In this document: one piece after another, positions 57,398 to 64,000 of the stretch
Numbering within the stretch: position 1 is the stretch's first letter
Layout of the letters: each line of letters opens with the position of its first letter
Virus record (IMG/VR): IMGVR_UViG_3300025018_000143
Location: 9,576-73,575 of that record
DNA length: 64,000 bases
Direction: 5' to 3' (one strand)
Origin: a virus
Position numbers and translations under genes: made by a program
Notes under the pieces: generated by a model
Databases searched by the model: none
Told to the model about the DNA's origin: nothing
The model's input: the letters and a program-made list of their open reading frames with translations, nothing else

Positions 57398-58675
57398 ATG
57401 ATCGTATCCAATGCAACTATCCAAGAATTGACAGAAAAATGGGATGGTATTATAAATGAAGAATCTCTTCCGCCGATTCAAGATGATTGGAAGAGAAAAG
57501 TTACTATGCGTATGCTTGAGAATCAAGAGCAGGCAATGCTTGTTGAAGATCCTACAAACGTAGCAGGCGGAATTGCTACTTGGGATCCCGTTCTTATCAG
57601 CATGATCCGTAGAAATGCACCTAAGATGATTGCTTTTGATATCTTTGGTGTTCAACCAATGACTCAGCCTACTGGTTTGATTTTTGCTCTTCGTTCACGT
57701 TATGTGGATGCTGATCTTGATCAAGCAGGCCCTGAAGCATTCTTTGACGAGTCTAACACAGGTTTCTCTGGCGCTCGTGGTGATATGACCACTATTGGTT
57801 CTACTCCTACTTGGGCAGGTAAAGGAACTCCTGATGGTACTGTTACTGATCCTACTGATTCAAATCTGGGTTACGGTACTGGTATGTCTACTGCTGATGC
57901 TGAAAAGCTCGGTAAGACCAATGTCTGGAATGAGATGGCATTCTCCATCGAGAAATCTTCTGTTGAAGCTCTTTCTCGTGGTTTGCGTGCTACCTGGTCG
58001 ACAGAATTGACTCAGGACTTGAAAGCAGTACATGGTCTTGATGCAGAAACTGAAATGACCAACATTCTTTCAACTGAGATTCTTTCAGAGATGAACCGCG
58101 AAATGGTACGTAGAGCATATGTTCTTGCTAAACCAGGTGCTCTTAATGCCACTGTTGCTGGTTCTTACGACCTTGATGTTGATTCTAACGGTCGTTGGTC
58201 TGTTGAGCGTTTCAAAGGTCTTATGTTCCAGATCGAGAAAGAAGCTAATCTTATTGCTATTCAAACAAGACGTGGTAAAGGTAACTTCCTTATCGTATCC
58301 TCTGATGTAGCTTCAGCTCTTGCTATGACTGGTATGCTTGATCAGGGCCGTTCTGCTGATTATCTGTCTCCAAATCTTGTTGATCCTACTGGAATGACTT
58401 ATGTTGGTATGTTGAATGGTCGGACTAAGGTATTCGTTGATCCTTATACTACTGTGAATAGTATTCTTATCGGCTTTAAAGGTGCTAATCAGTACGATGC
58501 TGGTGCCTTCTACTGTCCATACGTACCTCTCAGTTTGTATAAAGCTACTACTTCTGATGGCTTCCAACCTCGCATAGGATTCAAACAACGATACGGGTTC
58601 AAAGAGAATCCTTTCGGTGGTACCACTTCAGCAAATCCTTATTTCCGCATATTTAAAGTTTTAAATCTTGCGTGA
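57398..58675 (+). CDS. gp23: major capsid protein gp23
   Basis: GVQPM..PTGLIFA.R, ELTQDLKAVHGLDAE.E..NILS.EI, FYCPYVPL, FQP.IGFK.RYG. Confidence 0.98.
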   Translation: MIVSNATIQELTEKWDGIINEESLPPIQDDWKRKVTMRMLENQEQAMLVEDPTNVAGGIATWDPVLISMIRRNAPKMIAFDIFGVQPMTQPTGLIFALRSRYVDADLDQAGPEAFFDESNTGFSGARGDMTTIGSTPTWAGKGTPDGTVTDPTDSNLGYGTGMSTADAEKLGKTNVWNEMAFSIEKSSVEALSRGLRATWSTELTQDLKAVHGLDAETEMTNILSTEILSEMNREMVRRAYVLAKPGALNATVAGSYDLDVDSNGRWSVERFKGLMFQIEKEANLIAIQTRRGKGNFLIVSSDVASALAMTGMLDQGRSADYLSPNLVDPTGMTYVGMLNGRTKVFVDPYTTVNSILIGFKGANQYDAGAFYCPYVPLSLYKATTSDGFQPRIGFKQRYGFKENPFGGTTSANPYFRIFKVLNLA

Positions 58676-58700
58676 TTTCAAGTAGTTAAAAAGTAGTACA

Positions 58701-58739
58701 AAGCCTCACTGGGAATGAAGCGCCCAGTGAGGCTTTTTT
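58701..58739 (+). terminator. rho-independent terminator
   Basis: AAGCCTCACTGGG-loop-CCCAGTGAGGCTT followed by a T-tract. Confidence 0.9.
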
Positions 58740-58753
58740 ATGGCAAAAATTCC

Positions 58754-58782
58754 TTGACAATATAATCCTTATGTGTTATAAT
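58754..58782 (+). promoter_or_regulatory. sigma70-type promoter
   Basis: TTGACA-N17-TATAAT. Confidence 0.8.
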
Positions 58783-58813
58783 TACATATTATATAATACA
58801 TAAAAGGAGAATA

Positions 58814-60109
58814 ATGAAAGATTTGATGAAAAAATGTAAATGTGGGTGTGGTGAATTTGTTCGTCCTGATAGAACATATATTAATGGACACAATAGCAGA
58901 GGAATTTCTGTATCTCATAATGAAAAGACCAAAAAAATTATTTCTATTAAAGCCAAGGAAAGGTTTAAAAATGGACAAATAGTGAATTGTAAAATATATG
59001 ATATCCCTTCCAAAGAGGATTTGGAATATATGTATAATGAAAAATTTTTATCCATGAATCAATTATCAAAGATGATGGACACATCAATACCTACATTGAA
59101 GAAATGGATGTTAAGTTATGAGATGAAAATAAGAAATCTAAAGAAAGCTAACCAGAATGCCTTGAAGACAGGTTCCAGAATATCATCTTATAATGATCCT
59201 GTTGTACAAAGAAAATGTTTTGATAATAGAAAAGTAATACGTCAATCAAAACAGGAATTAGAAGTGTATGAATACATAAAAACTTTTTACGATAAAGAAA
59301 TATATCAAAGCTATAAATTAGAAGGCGCAGAAATAGATATATTCATCCCTGATAAAAATATAGGTATTGAATATAATGGATTAGCTTTCCATTCCGAAAT
59401 GTTGCATTATGTTTTTAAAACTAAATCCTTAAAACAAGTAAAAACATTACATCAATATAAAACTAATATAGCAAGAAAAAATAATATCCATCTTATTCAT
59501 ATATGGGAAGATGATTGGAATAATAAGCAGGATATTATAAAGAGAAAAATATCATATCTTCTTAATGGCCCTGAGAAAAGAATTTACGCTAGAAAATGCA
59601 GTATTACAAAATTGTCGGGAGGAGAAGCTGAAATCCTTTATAGCAAATATCATATACAAGGAGGAGTTAATGCCACTGTCCATTATGGCTTGATGTATGG
59701 TAATGAATTGGTATCCTGTATGTCATTTACTCATAAAAAAGATGATTGGGAATTGGTTAGGTTTGCTTGTTCCTGCTCAGTTGTAGGTGGGTTTTCCAAA
59801 TTAGTAAAGCATTTTATAAAATACAACCAAATCAAAGGTGAGCTGTATTCATTTGCTGATTTGACAATTGTTAATCCTCATAACAATGTTTACTTAAATA
59901 ATGGGTGGCTGGAAGCAGGGTATTTGCAGCCTGACTATAAATATATTGTCGATGGTGAGAGAAAGCATAAATTTGGTTTCAGACATTCTTGTTTAAAGAA
60001 TAAATTAGAAAATTATGATCCATCTTTAACTGAGCATGAAAATTGTCTTAATAATAAAATTTACTGTATATGGGATGCAGGAAAAATAAAATACACTTAC
60101 TGTAAATAA
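58814..60109 (+). CDS. second Hef-like homing endonuclease
   Basis: CKCGCG..GHN N-terminus; EIDIFIP..IGIEYNG..FHS, LIHIWEDDW, YARKC, VVGGFSKL, WDAGK. Confidence 0.8.
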   Translation: MKDLMKKCKCGCGEFVRPDRTYINGHNSRGISVSHNEKTKKIISIKAKERFKNGQIVNCKIYDIPSKEDLEYMYNEKFLSMNQLSKMMDTSIPTLKKWMLSYEMKIRNLKKANQNALKTGSRISSYNDPVVQRKCFDNRKVIRQSKQELEVYEYIKTFYDKEIYQSYKLEGAEIDIFIPDKNIGIEYNGLAFHSEMLHYVFKTKSLKQVKTLHQYKTNIARKNNIHLIHIWEDDWNNKQDIIKRKISYLLNGPEKRIYARKCSITKLSGGEAEILYSKYHIQGGVNATVHYGLMYGNELVSCMSFTHKKDDWELVRFACSCSVVGGFSKLVKHFIKYNQIKGELYSFADLTIVNPHNNVYLNNGWLEAGYLQPDYKYIVDGERKHKFGFRHSCLKNKLENYDPSLTEHENCLNNKIYCIWDAGKIKYTYCK

Positions 60110-60113
60110 ATTG

Positions 60114-60142
60114 TTGACACATCCCTCATCCTATGTTATACT
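60114..60142 (+). promoter_or_regulatory. sigma70-type early promoter
   Basis: TTGACA-N17-TATACT plus conserved leader. Confidence 0.85.
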
Positions 60143-60203
60143 CTTTATATAGGATGCTGAAAGAGAGTAATTGAATAATAAATTTAACGGTAGGGGTTTG
60201 TAT

Positions 60204-60485
60204 ATGAATCACACAAAAGGTCCTTGGAAAGTAAAAGCACCACAAGGTGATTTTGGTTATGAGGTTGTTGGTGATAACAATGAACTTGTATGTATGGCTG
60301 GTCGACATCCATACAGTCAAAAAATAGCTAAAGCAAATGTTGAAATTATAGCTATGGCATTAGAAATGAAATCAATCCTAGAAGAGGCAGTTGCAGCATA
60401 CGATGATTTCCCTCAAGAAGTCATTGTCGAGATAGCTCCTGATTGGTTCTTTGAGGCAGTGGAATTATTATCAAGAAATAAATAA
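60204..60485 (+). CDS. hypothetical early protein
   Basis: MNHTKGPW...AN..I..A.EM, a common phage small-protein pattern. Confidence 0.7.
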   Translation: MNHTKGPWKVKAPQGDFGYEVVGDNNELVCMAGRHPYSQKIAKANVEIIAMALEMKSILEEAVAAYDDFPQEVIVEIAPDWFFEAVELLSRNK

Positions 60486-60490
60486 AAAAA

Positions 60491-60519
60491 TTGACAAGAC
60501 CCGAGGATAATGTTATACT
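60491..60519 (+). promoter_or_regulatory. sigma70-type early promoter
   Basis: TTGACA-N17-TATACT; leader nearly identical to that of the 60114 promoter. Confidence 0.85.
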
Positions 60520-60895
60520 CTTTATATAAGATGCTGAAAGAGAGAAATTAAGAACAAAATTCTAAATAGCAAATAAAATGATTGAGTACACACTAGATTG
60601 GGTCAATGAATATATCACTGTGCTTTGTGGTAAATTTTGCGTATGGAATGAATCAAAAGATTTGTGTACTAGTGAATTTGATACATATGAAGAGGCAACT
60701 TCTTGTGTTCTGGTAAACATAAAAAGATGAGGCGTAATTTCTTCTTTGGTAAAGAAAGGGCTTGTTGAAGTTTTGGATCAGGAGGGTGAAGGAAAATTAA
60801 ATGATATAACGATTATGACTACAAAAGAAGGTGCTGAAGTTTGTAAAGCATTATGTTTTGATACTGTTTCATAAATAAATTATTAGGAGAATGAA

Positions 60896-61369
60896 ATGAA
60901 AAGCTTTTCAAAATTTGTTGTGGGTGTTGGTGTTGTTGCTAGTCTTATGATGTCCTCTCCTGCTCATTCAGTAGAATTGAAAGGAGATTTAGTAAAGTAT
61001 GAAAAACCAATTGAATTGTGCTTAGAAGTTTATGCCCTTGGACTTGATAATATGATAGCCATGTTTGTTCTCGGAGGCAAAGAATTGCCTTCAGAATCAG
61101 AAATGACTGTACTTGACCAGAAAGCAGTGGATCTTTGTTTATGTAAATATGCCATTTTGAGCGTGACTTATAATGATCCTTCGAAGGAAAAACATTTTAT
61201 TTCTGATATGGCAAAAAGCGAAGAGTTTCTAATGAAGGCAATGAATGATGCTGATTATGGCAAATCAAAGTATCAAGCAAATAAAATAGTTAATAGCTTA
61301 CATTTTGGTTATTTGTCTCTCGCTCAATCGGTTGATGCAATGGATGTATGCGAAAAGTCTCTTCAGTAG
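60896..61369 (+). CDS. secreted/periplasmic hypothetical protein
   Basis: Sec-type signal peptide MKSFSKFVVGVGVVASLMMSSPAHS; 4 Cys. Confidence 0.7.
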   Translation: MKSFSKFVVGVGVVASLMMSSPAHSVELKGDLVKYEKPIELCLEVYALGLDNMIAMFVLGGKELPSESEMTVLDQKAVDLCLCKYAILSVTYNDPSKEKHFISDMAKSEEFLMKAMNDADYGKSKYQANKIVNSLHFGYLSLAQSVDAMDVCEKSLQ

Positions 61370-61430
61370 TATCTTTTTTCTAGAATGATAAATAATAGAG
61401 TACATATATTATGAATTCATTCTCCCTCCT

Positions 61431-61468
61431 AGAAAAGCAACAGACGCCTCCTCTGTTGCTTTTCTTTT
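61431..61468 (+). terminator. rho-independent terminator
   Basis: AGAAAAGCAACAGA-loop-TCTGTTGCTTTTCT. Confidence 0.75.
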
Positions 61469-61560
61469 GGCTTTTTTTCCTAGAGCCAAAATTTCACTTG
61501 ACAAAGCCTCTAAATATGTTATAATGTATTAATACTGATAAAATATTACAAGGAGCATAT

Positions 61561-62085
61561 ATGGCTATTGACCTAGCAAACCCTAAGGAACTTAATTTAC
61601 TATCCGATAATGCCTTTCATTTTAAGATTGAGAGCCTACCAAAATTTTCATTCTTTGCTCAAACATTTGAATTGCCTGGTGTTAGTATGGGGCAGGCATT
61701 ACGAGCAACACCATTAGTTGATTATCCTGTCCCAGGTGATAAAGTAGAATTCAATGATTTACAGGTAACTTTTCTTGTTGATGAGTCATTGGAAAATTAC
61801 AAAGAAGTTTGGAAATGGATAATGCACCTCGGCTATCCTCAGAACACAAGAGAGTATAAAAATCTTGTTACTGGCAATTCACCTTATATCAGGACCTCAG
61901 ATATAAATCTTTTCACATTGTCAAATAAATTTAATGTCATAAATGAAGTCCAATTTATGGATGCTTTCCCTTATGCTCTTAGTGGTATTGTGTTTAATTC
62001 TGCGAACACTCAGGTTGATCATCCAGTAGCTACTGCAAGTTTTCAGTATTCATTATATCGTTTCAAGGGTGATTCTACCTTTTAA
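61561..62085 (+). CDS. gp3: tail tube terminator gp3
   Basis: N.L....F.F....P...FF.Q...LPG, PGD...F..L...FLVDE...NY.E...W, DAFP..L. Confidence 0.9.
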   Translation: MAIDLANPKELNLLSDNAFHFKIESLPKFSFFAQTFELPGVSMGQALRATPLVDYPVPGDKVEFNDLQVTFLVDESLENYKEVWKWIMHLGYPQNTREYKNLVTGNSPYIRTSDINLFTLSNKFNVINEVQFMDAFPYALSGIVFNSANTQVDHPVATASFQYSLYRFKGDSTF

Positions 62086-62102
62086 TTCAAAAGAGGAAAA
62101 AT

Positions 62103-62564
62103 GTGAGTGAAGAAAATAAAAAAGTGTCCAATTCTTTGGACATGCTCAAACAAATGGCTGATGTTGATTTGAAGATTGATAAGAGTCTTCTGGATCAAGA
62201 ATCATTGAGGACTCCTAATCTTCATAATAAATGGTTACGAATGCTTTATGACAGGAAGGAAAAGCTCAAGATGTTTGATTGTAAGAAGAAAATCCTTACA
62301 AGAGACAAATGGCTTTATTATAATGGAAAAGCTTCCGATGATGTTTATAAAGAAAAAGGAGTATTCAATTATAAAGTCATGAAGAGTGATTTACAAATGT
62401 TTATTGATGCTGATGAGGATTTCCATAAATTAGAAGCTCAGGAATTAAGAGTCAAGAATGAAGTTGAATTTATCCAGAACACTCTGGCTGAAATCAATAG
62501 GCGAAGCTTCAACATCGCTAATGCCATTAAGTTCATGATGTTCACAAATGGGTTAAATCCCTAA
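62103..62564 (+). CDS. uvsY: recombination mediator UvsY
   Basis: DLKID...L..ES...P.LH.KW, YYNGKA, R.F.I.NAI. Confidence 0.92.
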   Translation: MSEENKKVSNSLDMLKQMADVDLKIDKSLLDQESLRTPNLHNKWLRMLYDRKEKLKMFDCKKKILTRDKWLYYNGKASDDVYKEKGVFNYKVMKSDLQMFIDADEDFHKLEAQELRVKNEVEFIQNTLAEINRRSFNIANAIKFMMFTNGLNP

Positions 62565-63253
62565 ATTTGCAATTGTCAAAATGCCATCTTTTCATTCCAA
62601 ATAAACTGCCTTCTTTATTACAATGAGGGCAGATTATTTTATCTTTGTATTTTAATGAATTTGTTTCTAAACGTTTTTTTGTTGATTCAGGAGAATTTTT
62701 TCTACCTAAAGCTGATATGCGCATTTTCTTTTTAGTTTCTTCAGAAACTATTTTACCCATGTGAGCTATACTTAATTTTTTTATCTCTTCTGGGTCTTTA
62801 AATCTTTGGTAGTTCGCGTTTGATATTTTGTTTCTTGATTCTAATGAATGTTTTTTATTAGTGTTTATTTTTGATAGATGTATAGCTAATTCTGGTCTTT
62901 GTTGATGAGTTAATTTATTTGATTTTGATATTTTTTCTTTGTTTCTTCATTATGTGACATGCCTAATCTAGTGGAGCCGCCAATACCACCTGTACAGGCA
63001 TTATATGTATCTTTGCGATTAATAAAATCAGAATTAACAATTTCTATTTCTTTTTTGAATGCATCATCCTCATTATCAAAAATAAAAAGAATTTTTCTGG
63101 TAAATAATTGTTTTCCATATTTTGTATTGCTTGGTTTAATACTTTGCCTGATCCAAGATAACCATCAAATTCAATACCTTTTTGTTTATGTTTTCCTACA
63201 TAAATTTTATTGTTGACAGTATTAGTAGTTTCGTATATAATATAATTAAACAT
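62542..63253 (-). pseudogene. GIY-YIG (Seg-like) homing endonuclease broken by two frameshifts
   Basis: YIIY.TTN.VN.KIYVGKH...Y.GSG; continues KYGK...YN...GG.GG after a shift near 63120; NUMOD3-like repeats after a shift near 62938; ends CPHC.KEG....MKRWHFDNCK. Late promoter on - at 63280-63287. Confidence 0.85.
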
Positions 63254-63297
63254 AATTCTCCTTTGTTGTGTTTATTGAATATTTATACTTTTAAAAA

Positions 63298-63351
63298 ATA
63301 GCAGAAATAAATCATTAATATATTAAATTTATGAACGGGGAGAATAGTTAA
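63298..63351 (+). pseudogene. probable stranded older 3' end of uvsY
   Basis: IAEINH*YIKFMNGENS* resembles LAEIN...IKFMMFTNGLNP*. Confidence 0.5.
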
Positions 63352-63352
63352 A

Positions 63353-64000
63353 ATGTCATTTGGTGATATACACGTTGGTAAATTAAATGAAACTTATATG
63401 CAGATTGGGGCGGATAATGCTATCTTGAAAGAGCTGTCTGATTTCTTTTCTTTCGAGGTCCCTAATGCTAAATTTATGCCACAAGTTAAATACGGCATGT
63501 GGGATGGAAAGAAAAGGCTATTCAATTATACCAATCAAACATTGTATGTAGGATTGTATCGGCATTTGCAGGTATTTGCTGCTGACAGAGAATATAAAAT
63601 CATTGAGTATGATTCTGTGCTTCCTATAAAAGATGTCTCATATGTCAATTATGAGAGTTTTATGAACAGTTTGAATATTCATTCCGATGGCTTTAAAATT
63701 ACGCCTCATTATTTTCAGGAGACTGCAATTCTTCACGCTCTTAATAATGAAAGAGCTACCATAGTAAGTCCTACCTCTTCCGGAAAATCTCTCATAATAT
63801 ATGCTTTAGCTGAATGGCATAGACAAAATAATAAAAGAATTATTATTGTTGTGCCTACTGTATCTCTGGTTCTACAGATGTATTCGGATTTTAAAGATTA
63901 CAGCTCTGAAATAGAATGGGATGTTGCAGAACATTGTCATAAAATATATGCAGGAGAAGAGAAGGACAGTATAAAGCCTATCATAATAACAACATGGCAG
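63353..64000 (+). CDS. uvsW: UvsW DNA helicase, 3'-truncated by the window edge (absent from ORF track)
   Basis: FSFEVPNAKFMPQ...GMWDGK.RLF, SPTSSGKSLIIY, IVVPT.SLV.QMY.DF..Y, IITTWQ. Confidence 0.95.
   Translation, partial: MSFGDIHVGKLNETYMQIGADNAILKELSDFFSFEVPNAKFMPQVKYGMWDGKKRLFNYTNQTLYVGLYRHLQVFAADREYKIIEYDSVLPIKDVSYVNYESFMNSLNIHSDGFKITPHYFQETAILHALNNERATIVSPTSSGKSLIIYALAEWHRQNNKRIIIVVPTVSLVLQMYSDFKDYSSEIEWDVAEHCHKIYAGEEKDSIKPIIITTWQ

Noticed and set aside
46794-58675. Inteins or introns in terminase, sheath, portal or capsid genes
   Set aside because: Lengths and motif spacing fit uninterrupted T4-like proteins.
1-64000. Genome-wide TAG recoding
   Set aside because: Many core genes (gp59, gp32, gp48, gp25, gp7, gp15) end at TAG at expected lengths and long ORFs are unbroken in the standard code.

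Overview
This window is a 64-kb AT-rich segment of a lytic T4-like myovirus genome, with cyanophage-type rather than T-even gene content. Positions 1-13 kb hold accessory and early genes plus replication genes (RNase H, gp33, gp59, gp32), a tRNA-Gln, an RlmN-like radical SAM enzyme and a lysis cassette. Positions 13-58.7 kb hold the virion module: tape measure, baseplate, fibres, neck, terminase, sheath, tube, portal, protease, scaffold and capsid. gp3, UvsY and UvsW follow. All gene calls rest on motif recognition and T4-like synteny, not database searches. The main observations are: (1) one family of antisense free-standing homing endonucleases sharing a C-terminal WHFDNCK motif has inserted three times into gene 3' ends, each time leaving a new C-terminus and stranding the old one; the three copies are intact, frameshifted and vestigial; (2) a ~1.1-kb region without a credible ORF near the terminase genes contains a late-promoter-driven candidate large structured RNA and an array of DNA-type cGGAg triloop hairpins; (3) a holin, membrane PAS sensor and endolysin form one late operon; (4) a PEP-CTERM protein was missed by the ORF track; (5) an RlmN-like enzyme lacking the resolving Cys sits beside tRNA-Gln(UUG); (6) a probable -1 frameshift joins gp26-like and gp51-like ORFs just before the tape measure gene; (7) an Acb1/gp57B-like 2H enzyme is fused behind a possible capsid-targeting motif.
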